From the NCBI GenBank assembly GCA_963798485.1, contig CAWCTR010000014.1, positions 192,001 to 256,000 of the forward strand: DNA of 64,000 nt, in the 5' to 3' direction. The DNA comes from an uncultured delta proteobacterium. Its GTDB lineage: Bacteria; Desulfobacterota; Desulfomonilia; UBA1062. Both the position numbers and the translations under genes were made by a program. This document shows positions 19,461-28,536 of the stretch, piece by piece (positions within the stretch are counted from its first letter, which is position 1; each line of letters begins with the position of its first letter). The notes beneath the pieces are model-generated. The model saw only the letters and a program-made list of their open reading frames with translations. It had not been told where the DNA came from and did no database searches.

Positions 19461-19670
19461 GAGAAGTCTCCCTTTTTATCAGATACTGATACTCGGTTGA
19501 AGCGTGCAAACAATAATATAAATGAAGAGTTCTGTTCAAGATAAAAATGGTGTTCACAGGCTTCTTTGGAAGAACGTAATTGTCAGATCTTATGTTGACT
19601 TTGGTGCTACTTCTGTATGATCAAATCTTGACTATTACAACTTAAGCGCTCAATTGCCTTATTGCGTTCT

Positions 19671-21140
19671 TCAAAACATCATTACGTGATATGCCCATGG
19701 CTCTAAGTCCACGTACAGGCCGATTTCAGCCATCTCATTACCGTGGCGCTCATAGACCTCATTCTTCATGATATCGGTCATCTTCACCATCATCCCGGCA
19801 AGATTTACACCGGTCAGGTGTACCCGTGCCTGGGAGCGCGTGTCTGAAAGGTTCACCACAGTCAGGCAGATCTCTTGACCCTTTTGCCAGCACCATGCCG
19901 CCATATTCATCCAACTCATATTTTCAGGCCACCCTGAAAGACTGCAGAGCCTCCACCTGCCCTCTCGAATTGTTTGTATGTTCATGACCTCCATCAGCCT
20001 GCCATAAAAGGCCTTCAGATCATAATCAACGTTCTCTCTGGGCCTGCGTTTCAGAAAAACCGGCAGTTTGACCCTCCTTCCCTCGAACTGACCATCATGA
20101 AAGAGCTTTGCCCCGGGCAGCGTTGCCAAGACCACGGCTGCCGCCCGTGCCTTGTCTTGCGAGAAAACCGAGGCCGCCCGTGGCTCGTCGTGGTTCTCGA
20201 TGAAGCGGATCAACCTTTCCTGATAAGGGGGCTCTGCCAGCAGGTGAAGCCGCACGCCCTCTGCGGTATCAGAAACAAGCCGATCATAGAGGCGCTTGTC
20301 ATAACAGTAGTCAAAACCTTGCTGCAGCAGTTCCCATTCCAGATCCCAGTAAGCCTCTGCTATAAACAGGGTGTCCGGGTGCACCTTTTTGACAGCAGGG
20401 ATCACCTCAGACCAGTATTCGGCAACCGGTCTCGCTCCTGCCTTTATAGGCCATGTCCTTGCAAACACATCGCACAAAAGGAGCATGGCCATGTCGCACC
20501 GCATACCATCACACTGCCCTGCAATGGATGATACCGTCTTGATGACCGCCTTCCGCAAGCCCGTAGAGAATGCATTAAGCTGGAGCACATCCTGCCATGC
20601 CGGGAAGTACGGGTCCCTTCCGCAGGCAAAGACCTTTCCATCAACATCCATGAATGATACCGGGTCATTTTCAAGGTCTTCAAAATCGCCCTGGATGAAA
20701 TACTCCGGGTATTCACTGACCCATGGGTGATCCGGGGCCACGTGGTTGGGCACATAATCAAGGATGAGGCTTAAGCCCCGTTTTGCAAGCTCTTTCCGCG
20801 CAATTGCAAGCCCGCCTTCCCCACCCAGATGTTCATCCACTTCATACCGGCGGATACAATAAGCAGAGCCGATCATATCCGCGGGTGTATAATCCGGCAA
20901 TACCTGCTGAAATTCGTCTTTGAGAACCGCGTTTTTCAAGGCTATATCAACACCAACCGGGCTCCGCTCCCAGACCCCCATGAACCAGACGGCATCCATG
21001 GAAAGCTCTGAGATGACATTCCAGGCTTCCTTCGGAACGGTAGCAAGTGTCACCTCAAATCCGGCTGCCTTGCTGAGTTCCTCAAGCCAAACCCATGTAT
21101 TGATCTCATAGATCCTGGGATGGTTCGACCTGTTTTTCAT
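19671..21140 (-). CDS. Alpha-amylase family (GH13) glycoside hydrolase
   Basis: LDYVPNH, DGMRCDMA, AEAYW, FIENHDEPR. Confidence 0.9.
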   Translation of the reverse strand: MKNRSNHPRIYEINTWVWLEELSKAAGFEVTLATVPKEAWNVISELSMDAVWFMGVWERSPVGVDIALKNAVLKDEFQQVLPDYTPADMIGSAYCIRRYEVDEHLGGEGGLAIARKELAKRGLSLILDYVPNHVAPDHPWVSEYPEYFIQGDFEDLENDPVSFMDVDGKVFACGRDPYFPAWQDVLQLNAFSTGLRKAVIKTVSSIAGQCDGMRCDMAMLLLCDVFARTWPIKAGARPVAEYWSEVIPAVKKVHPDTLFIAEAYWDLEWELLQQGFDYCYDKRLYDRLVSDTAEGVRLHLLAEPPYQERLIRFIENHDEPRAASVFSQDKARAAAVVLATLPGAKLFHDGQFEGRRVKLPVFLKRRPRENVDYDLKAFYGRLMEVMNIQTIREGRWRLCSLSGWPENMSWMNMAAWCWQKGQEICLTVVNLSDTRSQARVHLTGVNLAGMMVKMTDIMKNEVYERHGNEMAEIGLYVDLEPWAYHVMMF

Positions 21141-21195
21141 TTTTTATCCTCCGTGGTTGAGAAGCCCATGGATCATGAATTAATTGCTGCATTAC

Positions 21196-23562
21196 TCAGT
21201 GCAGAGAATTGAGCCTTCTCGCAATCTGATTGCGGTCTTTCTCTAAGAGACCTTCTACTGCAAGCCCCTGCTGATATATAGCCTTGGCCTCCCTTTTCTT
21301 TCCGCGATTTTCATAGATCTCACCCATAAGCAGGTATGCATCAACAAACGCCCGGTCTGAATTGATCACCTGTCTAAGCACCTCTATGGCCCCGTCCCCA
21401 TTGCCGTCTTTCCTCATGAGCGAGGCCAGCGAGTAGCCGTATTCTGTCTCAGGCTGCATCAGGTAGGCCTTCTGACCCCAGGCAATAGCCTCGTTGAGTC
21501 TTTCTTTTGCCAGTAAGATGCTCATGCTATAGGCTGCAGAGGCCATAGAAGGATCGTCATTCAGGGCAGCCCTGAAACTCTCTTCAGCCATCTTTGCATC
21601 GCCCTGGTCTATCTTGAGAAGACCCTTATGATAATTGGCCACTGCGTTATTCGGGTCAATTTGGAGGGCCTTATTCAGCAACACTTCGGCCCTGGCCATT
21701 TTCTTGAGCCTTGAATAAGCCAGTGATGAATTGACGTATGGTGGCACAGCGTTGGGCTCTATCTTTATGGCCTTCTCATATGCAAGAAGGGCGTCATTGT
21801 TCTCACCCCGGTCAAGAAAGTAATTACCCATGTTGTAGTGGGACATCCACTGGTCCGGCCGAACCAACAAGGATGCAAGATATTCGCCTGTTGCCCCGGC
21901 AAGGTTTGTGGCGCCGGTTTCAGCAAGATCCTGTGCAGGATACCGCGCCAATACGGAGGCAGCCTTAATGCGTACAAGCCTGACAGGGTCGGCTGTTGCT
22001 GCAAGCAGGGCCTGAATTACCTTGGGTGTTTTCACCCCCGAGAGGGCCTCTGCAGCTGTTGAACGCACCAATGGTGATGGGTCGCCTAATGCCTGGATGA
22101 ATACATGGATCTTATTTGAGTCAGGGCATTTGCTGAGCATGCGGATAAGGGAGGCGGCAAAAACCTCATCGCGGTCTTTGCCCTTGATATAGGAAAGCAT
22201 ATCGTTCAGCTTGCTCCAGTCACGGCTACGAGCAGCATCAATGAGGGCTGAGCGTTTAAGGAATGGTGCCTGATAGTCATCTTTGTACCATTGTCTCACA
22301 TATTTATCTGCCCAGGATGCTTCCTTGTTCGTATGACAAACGGTGCAGGCGTTTGGCGATTTGAAGGCGATTGTGGCAGCCGGTGTTGGTGGGAGCATGG
22401 AGTGGTCGCTACGCTGCATGCGATCAATGCCTGTCTTTGGCATATGGCAGGAGATACACATACTGCCGGGACTACCGGCTTTGTGATGAGAATGTCCGCT
22501 TGTGTTTTGAACCTGTTCGGCGTGGCAGGGCAAACATGCATCATTGACCTTTGCCTTGCCTGTGAATCGGAAGCCCCCACTGCCGGTATGGCACTTGAGA
22601 CAATGAAGCCGGCCGGACTTTACACATGGGCTCATGATCCAACGGGTATAGGTGTAGTTTTCACCCAGATCTTTGCCATCCGGAAAATAATCCGGGTCTT
22701 CCAGTGTCGTAAGGTCATAGTGGTCAAAGAAGCTTTCACCCGGGGTGTAGGAAGTAGTAATGGGCGCCATCTTGGCATGGCATGGCGCGCATGCCGAGTT
22801 GATCCGCTCTGAGGTTAATTCCTTGAAGCTGAGAACTTTTAGTGCCTTGGGTCTCATCCCCTTCCTGGCAGCCTCCTGGAATATTCCTGAATGGTCGGAG
22901 GAAGGGCCGTGGCATGTCTCGCAGTTGATGCCCGGTGAACTCAAAACACTCGTGTACATATCGGCCTTCATATCATAGTTCGAAGAAAGCTGGCTCACAT
23001 GACAGCTATAGCATGCAGTGCTGAAGGTATAGTTAGATTCCTTCCAATTAGGTTGTTTGTCTTTGGCATGGATGACCCCATTTGCCGTTATATCGAACCA
23101 CTCCTTTGTCCGGACATCGTAAGCCAGGGGCAGGATCTGCAACCGCCCTCTTTCAATGGGGGTAAGAAAGTAAAATACATTCTTCCCACCCAGGATGTTC
23201 ACAATTCGATATTTTGTGGTGTCCCATAGCCAGTTGCCTTTTTCGACTACATAACCTTCGCTTCCCCTTAGATCGGTAGTGTATCGGTTGTTGCCAATCC
23301 TGATCTCCTTTATAAGCGGTGTAAGCTTATTTATGGCAAGATCATGGGTATATGGTTGTATGGCAAGCCCGTGAAAGGATTTCGACCAGGATGTGTAGAA
23401 CTTGGCATGACACCCCTGGCAGTTTATCGGATCCGAATAACCTAAAGCCTTTACTGATGTCTTTTCTGCATGCACAACCTCGCGGGTATCCAGGCTCGTA
23501 CATATCAGCATACCGGTCAGTACTATCAGGGTAATAGTAAACATGAACAGCATCCTATTCAT
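21196..23562 (-). CDS. Multiheme cytochrome c with HEAT and TPR repeats
   Basis: Signal/TM segment, 8 CxxCH motifs, HEAT-like repeats (ALGDPSPLVRSTAA), C-terminal TPRs. Confidence 0.85.
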   Translation of the reverse strand: MNRMLFMFTITLIVLTGMLICTSLDTREVVHAEKTSVKALGYSDPINCQGCHAKFYTSWSKSFHGLAIQPYTHDLAINKLTPLIKEIRIGNNRYTTDLRGSEGYVVEKGNWLWDTTKYRIVNILGGKNVFYFLTPIERGRLQILPLAYDVRTKEWFDITANGVIHAKDKQPNWKESNYTFSTACYSCHVSQLSSNYDMKADMYTSVLSSPGINCETCHGPSSDHSGIFQEAARKGMRPKALKVLSFKELTSERINSACAPCHAKMAPITTSYTPGESFFDHYDLTTLEDPDYFPDGKDLGENYTYTRWIMSPCVKSGRLHCLKCHTGSGGFRFTGKAKVNDACLPCHAEQVQNTSGHSHHKAGSPGSMCISCHMPKTGIDRMQRSDHSMLPPTPAATIAFKSPNACTVCHTNKEASWADKYVRQWYKDDYQAPFLKRSALIDAARSRDWSKLNDMLSYIKGKDRDEVFAASLIRMLSKCPDSNKIHVFIQALGDPSPLVRSTAAEALSGVKTPKVIQALLAATADPVRLVRIKAASVLARYPAQDLAETGATNLAGATGEYLASLLVRPDQWMSHYNMGNYFLDRGENNDALLAYEKAIKIEPNAVPPYVNSSLAYSRLKKMARAEVLLNKALQIDPNNAVANYHKGLLKIDQGDAKMAEESFRAALNDDPSMASAAYSMSILLAKERLNEAIAWGQKAYLMQPETEYGYSLASLMRKDGNGDGAIEVLRQVINSDRAFVDAYLLMGEIYENRGKKREAKAIYQQGLAVEGLLEKDRNQIARRLNSLH

Positions 23563-23942
23563 GCCATAATTCTCCTCATAACTATCATTTCAATAGACCT
23601 TGAGTATATCAGAATGAACATATACTTTTATATAAGATACTTTCTGTAGAACGGCCCCTGGTGTGGCATAAATGTAAAATCGAGCGGATTTGGTCTGCTA
23701 TCTTTGATGTCGGGCTATTATTTTCTGATCTGCATCCTTTTTCTTGGATATGCATCCAAATATTAAGAAGTAAGATTTAACCTCCTCTTAAGGATGGCGC
23801 GTCCTATGCCCTAACCGCCATCCTATTTTTTAACAAAAAGAACTAGTACCTCGTTACATTCAGGATCGACAAGGTGCTTCCACTGATAGGATCGGGGGAA
23901 TGAACATAATGACCAGTGATTAGCCGTTAGTCATATTTCTGA

Positions 23943-24863
23943 TCACTGGTTATTGATCACTTTTAACTGATTTCCCCTCCTACCCGTAGTGAGCGCACTC
24001 AGCACTCCCCCGAAACCCAGGAATATTGCGATACCCTTGATGAACCACCCTGCAACGGGCATAAGGCCGATGGCATAAAGGGCGGCAAAGCCGATAATTG
24101 TCTCAACAAGAATATGCCTACCCGGCTTATTTAATATAATAGTAATTCTTTTTCCTATGAGTTGGGCCACAGCAATGTAGCCTAATATCAAGGCGCAGCC
24201 GAAGAGTATAAGCAAGACAGGGATTACGACGATTCCTGCGATGGATATGAAAAGAAAGAACCCAATGGGGAAGAAAAGGGCTGAGCCGAATATGCCCCAA
24301 AGGATTGCACGGGCAGTGTTATTCTCGATCTGGAAGGATATGAATCCTATACCTGCCGGCATTGCTGCCACAATAATGAGCGCAGCCAAGAAGAACCCCA
24401 GAGATGAAGGCCATCCAATCCCTTCCCACCGTTCTTTAATGCCGGCTATTCCCAACTTCGGCATCCTGGATAACCATGATTTCAAACCTGTAGCATCAAC
24501 AATAGTAACTTCACCACCTACACGAGAACCCGGTTCTCTCTCTACAGTGCCGCCGATGGATACCACATTTCCTTCAACATCCGCGTCCTGGCCGAGAAAG
24601 ACTGACCCGCCTACGGACACCGCATCTTTCCTGACATGGCCGTAGACCTTGACATTGCCCCCTATTGATACTGCCTTATTTACCTCAACACCCTCTTTGA
24701 CCACGACATCACTACCGATGGTTATCATGGAGCTACCCTCTGATACCGACCTGCTGTTCTGTGGCACAAAGGCAGCAAGGCAAGACCAAACCAAGGTGTA
24801 TAAAGTCACCTGAATTACTGTCATGATAGCAGTTTTATTCTTCATTTTCGTTTTATCCCTCAA
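23943..24863 (-). CDS. Membrane protein with N-terminal beta-helix (bactofilin-like) repeats
   Basis: Repeated VSIGG.V.V.G.V units followed by about 5 TM helices. Confidence 0.65.
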   Translation of the reverse strand: MRDKTKMKNKTAIMTVIQVTLYTLVWSCLAAFVPQNSRSVSEGSSMITIGSDVVVKEGVEVNKAVSIGGNVKVYGHVRKDAVSVGGSVFLGQDADVEGNVVSIGGTVEREPGSRVGGEVTIVDATGLKSWLSRMPKLGIAGIKERWEGIGWPSSLGFFLAALIIVAAMPAGIGFISFQIENNTARAILWGIFGSALFFPIGFFLFISIAGIVVIPVLLILFGCALILGYIAVAQLIGKRITIILNKPGRHILVETIIGFAALYAIGLMPVAGWFIKGIAIFLGFGGVLSALTTGRRGNQLKVINNQ

Positions 24864-24910
24864 AGATAGCCTTCTATGCTATTTCAACACGGATAATCCA
24901 TACAACGAAC

Positions 24911-25723
24911 CTACACCTTCATGGCCTTTCTGTACAATAAGGCCATTACAAAAAATGCCGCATTAATCAAAACAATCGTTGCACCTGCAGGAATATCCAA
25001 AAAGAAAGAGAGTGTTATCCCACACAAGACTGAAAGAAAAGCATCCATCATAGAGATCAGCATTGCAGCCTTGAACCCTCTGGCGAGCTGCAAGGCGGTA
25101 ACTGCCGGCAGGATGAGCAAAGCGGAAACCAGCATGATACCGACTACCTTGATTGCCAGTACGACCGTTATGGCGGTAAGAAAGGTCAATACCAGATTAA
25201 TGCGATCGGTTTTTACCCCGGTGAGCTTGGCAAATTCTTCATCAAAGGTGACTGAAAGCAGATCGTTGTAAAGCAATAAAATTATCAGCAGCACGAGGAT
25301 AGAGAGTCCCAGCGATAAATAAACCTCCTGGGTGCTTATTGCCAATATATCGCCGAACAAGTAGCTGAACAGATCAACATTAAACCCTTTTGACATGCTC
25401 GCCAGGATAACGCCGCTTGTAATTCCCACGGATGAGACAATTCCTATGGCGGCATCGCCATAGATCTTTGCCCGCTCGGTCAGCCGCAGGATGAAATAGG
25501 AACCGGCAACGACCACCGGGATCGCAACATAGAAAGGGTAAAAACCGAAAAAGAGCCCGAGTGCAATGGCCCCGAAACTGACATGGGCAAGGCCGTCACC
25601 GATTAATGATAATTTCCTTAACACCAGAAAAAGGCCAAGCATGGCGCAGAGCACAGCAATAAAAGTTCCGGCACAATATGCCTTCTGGATGAATGCGTAG
25701 CTGAGAAAATGAAGGAGTGTCAT
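24911..25723 (-). CDS. znuB: Zn/Mn ABC transporter permease
   Basis: LRKLSLIGDGLAHVSF.., YLFGDIL, VVGIMLVSALLILPA. Confidence 0.88.
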   Translation of the reverse strand: MTLLHFLSYAFIQKAYCAGTFIAVLCAMLGLFLVLRKLSLIGDGLAHVSFGAIALGLFFGFYPFYVAIPVVVAGSYFILRLTERAKIYGDAAIGIVSSVGITSGVILASMSKGFNVDLFSYLFGDILAISTQEVYLSLGLSILVLLIILLLYNDLLSVTFDEEFAKLTGVKTDRINLVLTFLTAITVVLAIKVVGIMLVSALLILPAVTALQLARGFKAAMLISMMDAFLSVLCGITLSFFLDIPAGATIVLINAAFFVMALLYRKAMKV

Positions 25724-25724
25724 A

Positions 25725-26477
25725 TCAGTTATGCTGATGGCAGATCAGGTGTTGAGAAAACCGCCCGAAGTAATGGCTCATTTCCTCTGAATGGCAGAAG
25801 TCGGCGAAGCTCCCATAAAACACAATCTTCTTGTCCAGGTATAACAGTTTATTTGCATATTCTCCAATCTGGGAAACGTCATGCGTGATGAGGATGATTG
25901 TAATCCTCTTGCTCTTGTTTAGTTTTTTCAACAGCTCGAAGAAACTCTCGCGCGATGGGGGGTCCAAGGCAGTGCCGGGTTCGTCCAAAATGAGGAGCTC
26001 CGGGTTGGACACCAGGGACCGGGCCAGGAATATCCTCTGTTGCTGTCCGCCGGAGAGCTCGCCTATGAGCTTGTCTTTAAGATCGGCCAAGTCCATTAGA
26101 TCGAGCGTCTGTCTGATTTTTGTCACATCATCCCTGGTAAATCTTTTCGGGAAGCGCTTCTGTGATAATAATCCCAACCCGACCACCTCTTTTACCGTGG
26201 CGGGAAAAAGCGGGTTAAAGGCATTCACTCTCTGGGGCAGGTAGCCGATACGGTCCCACCGTTCGTATCTTCTGATATCCTGGCCGAATATCTCTGCTAT
26301 TCCCGTATATCTATCCATGAGGCCAAGGAGTGTTTTTACAAGGGTGGTTTTACCGGCCCCGTTTGGTCCTGCCAGGGCGATATAGTCATCCTTCTCCACA
26401 ACAAAAGAAATATTGTGAAGTACTTCACCCTGCCCGTAGCCGGCACATAAATTATCTACTGATAAAATGGGGTTCAT
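25725..26477 (-). CDS. znuC: Zn/Mn ABC transporter ATPase
   Basis: GPNGAGKT, LSGGQQQR, LDEP, ITHD; C-terminal HLICHQH. Confidence 0.88.
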   Translation of the reverse strand: MNPILSVDNLCAGYGQGEVLHNISFVVEKDDYIALAGPNGAGKTTLVKTLLGLMDRYTGIAEIFGQDIRRYERWDRIGYLPQRVNAFNPLFPATVKEVVGLGLLSQKRFPKRFTRDDVTKIRQTLDLMDLADLKDKLIGELSGGQQQRIFLARSLVSNPELLILDEPGTALDPPSRESFFELLKKLNKSKRITIILITHDVSQIGEYANKLLYLDKKIVFYGSFADFCHSEEMSHYFGRFSQHLICHQHN

Positions 26478-26478
26478 A

Positions 26479-26541
26479 TTATGGGCATCCTAGTCCGACC
26501 TTCAGATTATCAAGATTGAGGGATATTAATTTTTTGCCCAT
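26479..26541 (-). pseudogene. Probable internally deleted znuA remnant (20 codons)
   Basis: MGKKLISLNLDNLKVGLGCP*: signal-peptide-like start joined to an NL.NL..GL.C end typical of metal-binding SBPs; stop lies 1 nt before znuC. Confidence 0.55.
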
Positions 26542-26613
26542 TCTTATCTCACATAGTCAAATTGTGCTGTTTCATCTTCGATTGCCATGTATAGAAGTTT
26601 ATTCACATGCCCT

Positions 26614-26868
26614 CTACCGGCCGCACCCGCATACCAGGTAGCTTTCCTGGCAATCATTGCAGGTCTGGACCCTATGGTTTGTTGCAAATTCATCCCAGTG
26701 CTGTTTCTGCTTTGCCGAAAGGATTCCCGTACCATTGCAGAGCGGGCAGATATTCCCGAGTGCGGACAGTACTGCATTCCTTATGAATTCCGATCTATTG
26801 GGCATGTTTTTGATGACCTCATAGAATCCCTCATCCACCTTAAAGGTGATGATCCCGGGTTTTTTCAT
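26614..26868 (-). CDS. CopG/ribbon-helix-helix regulator with Cys-rich C-terminal domain
   Basis: ITFKVD...NRSEFIRNAV RHH pattern; CPLC, H..H, CNDC, CGC; start 26868 after GGAGG. Confidence 0.75.
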   Translation of the reverse strand: MKKPGIITFKVDEGFYEVIKNMPNRSEFIRNAVLSALGNICPLCNGTGILSAKQKQHWDEFATNHRVQTCNDCQESYLVCGCGR

Positions 26869-26896
26869 AGATGAGAACCTCCTGTACCACACAATG

Positions 26897-26934
26897 GTAT
26901 TACCATGTAATACTTCCCAGCAGGCTCCTGTCAA
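26897..26934 (-). promoter_or_regulatory. Promoter with palindromic operator GTATTAC-CAT-GTAATAC
   Basis: TTGACA at 26934-26929 (minus strand); perfect 7-3-7 inverted repeat 26897-26913 over the -10 region. Confidence 0.6.
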
Positions 26935-27024
26935 GACCTCACAGAAAATATTTTTTAAGCTATACGATGAACCATCTTCAAGAAAACATTATTATGTGTG
27001 AACTAAGTCGGGTATAAACAACAT

Positions 27025-27882
27025 ATGGACAGCCACATAAAACGGATCATGGACCGGTCAAACTATCTTCAGGAAAATGCATCACAATTTCTCAAAACAA
27101 GGCATCTTCTCATACACTACCTCCATGCCGGTTCCGGGAAACCGGTTATCCTCATTCATGGGGGAGGGATGTGGCTCTATTCCTTCAGGCATAACCTCAT
27201 TCCTTTATCAAAGATATCATCCGTGCATGCCTTGGATATGCCGGGGTATGGATATACCGGCATAACCGACCCTTCTTTTCGCCTGGATACAGACACCATG
27301 CCGCTTGCCTTAAGGGAATTCATGGATGCGCTGCACATCGACAAGGCAACCCTTGTGGGTCATTCATGGGGCGGCGGTTGGGCCTTGGCCTATGCACAGG
27401 CGAATCCCGAAAGGGTGGACAGGATCGTGCTCATCAACTCCAGCGGTCTGGATGTGCGGGATGTCTTCGAATGGGAGCTTCTGAAGATGCCCCTTGTAGG
27501 GAGCTTGCTCCTGAGATTCCTGACCATTGATATGATCAAGAAGAGGCTGGAGCTTTCTTTTTTCAAAAAGGGCATTGTGGATGATGCCATGGCCCTTGAA
27601 GTTCACCTTCCCATGATGATACCCGCAAACCGAAATGCACAGGCATTGCTTGCCCGAAATCTCTCCTGGGCCGAGGTTGAGAGTCATCTGGGTGAGCTCG
27701 GGCATCAAGTCCTTCTCATCTGGGGTGAAAAAGACCGGTATCTTGATGTGGGGCTTACAAGCCGGTTCAAGGAAAAAATTAAAAATCTCAAGGTAGAGAT
27801 TATCGCGGATTGCGGCCATTCAGCCCATGAGGAAGTACCCGAGACAGTCAATCGTTTAATTACAGACTTCCTTTTCTGTTAA
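27025..27882 (+). CDS. Alpha/beta hydrolase
   Basis: LIHGGG, GHSWGG, WGEKD, CGHSAHEE. Confidence 0.9.
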   Translation: MDSHIKRIMDRSNYLQENASQFLKTRHLLIHYLHAGSGKPVILIHGGGMWLYSFRHNLIPLSKISSVHALDMPGYGYTGITDPSFRLDTDTMPLALREFMDALHIDKATLVGHSWGGGWALAYAQANPERVDRIVLINSSGLDVRDVFEWELLKMPLVGSLLLRFLTIDMIKKRLELSFFKKGIVDDAMALEVHLPMMIPANRNAQALLARNLSWAEVESHLGELGHQVLLIWGEKDRYLDVGLTSRFKEKIKNLKVEIIADCGHSAHEEVPETVNRLITDFLFC

Positions 27883-27888
27883 AACATC

Positions 27889-28437
27889 TTACGAGCTTGA
27901 ACAACTGTTGTACAGGGCTTCCATCTTCATGAGCATATCCTTTATACTGTCAATAAGTCTTTGCGGTTTGATGAGCCTTGCCTCATCTCCGAAAGATAGC
28001 AGCCAGGAGATCAGTTCTTTATCTGAGGACGCAGAGAATGTTATCCTCAGGGTTGAGTCGTCAATCCGGCGTATCCGTTGGCCAGGGCTCCACATCCGTT
28101 CAGCAACATAGCGAGCTGAGAGCCCGGTGAACTCGACCTCTGCTTGAAAGGCATTGTCCTTAATGATGCCGAAGTTACGGTTGTAGATCTGCTCAAAGTC
28201 GTAGTCTCCAGGAAATTCGAAAGACTGATCGGTCATCTCCACCCTCTTCAACCTGTGTATGGCAAGGAGCGGGTCATACTCCCGCCTGGTATCGGGCTTG
28301 CCCGGCTTTCCTGCAAACCTGGCGCGGAGGTACATGGAGTCGTTGTGAGAGAAAATCTTGAGCGGCATAATAAGAAAGGTCTTGGACTTGGTGGATAAGA
28401 GTGAGCGATAGATTACCTTGATGACAACAGAGACCAC
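27889..28437 (-). pseudogene. 5'-truncated WYL/WCX-domain transcription regulator
   Basis: YL.A...LAIHR, YVAERMWSPGQ, ELISWLLSFG.EA...KP; no N-terminal HTH and no RBS. Confidence 0.7.
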
Positions 28438-28536
28438 ATCAAGCTATCAGATGAAATACAAGAATGGGGAGAATTCCTTGCCATGGCAGCTTGATGCGGT
28501 GAGCATAGGAACTGTCCATACGCCGGCAGAAAAAGG

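Noticed and set aside
21196-23562. NrfA nitrite reductase call
   Set aside because: No CxxCK active-site heme and no nrfH/nrfBCD neighbours.
26869-26934. N-terminal extension of the RHH regulator
   Set aside because: The TTG start is the -35 hexamer; GGAGG precedes ATG 26868.
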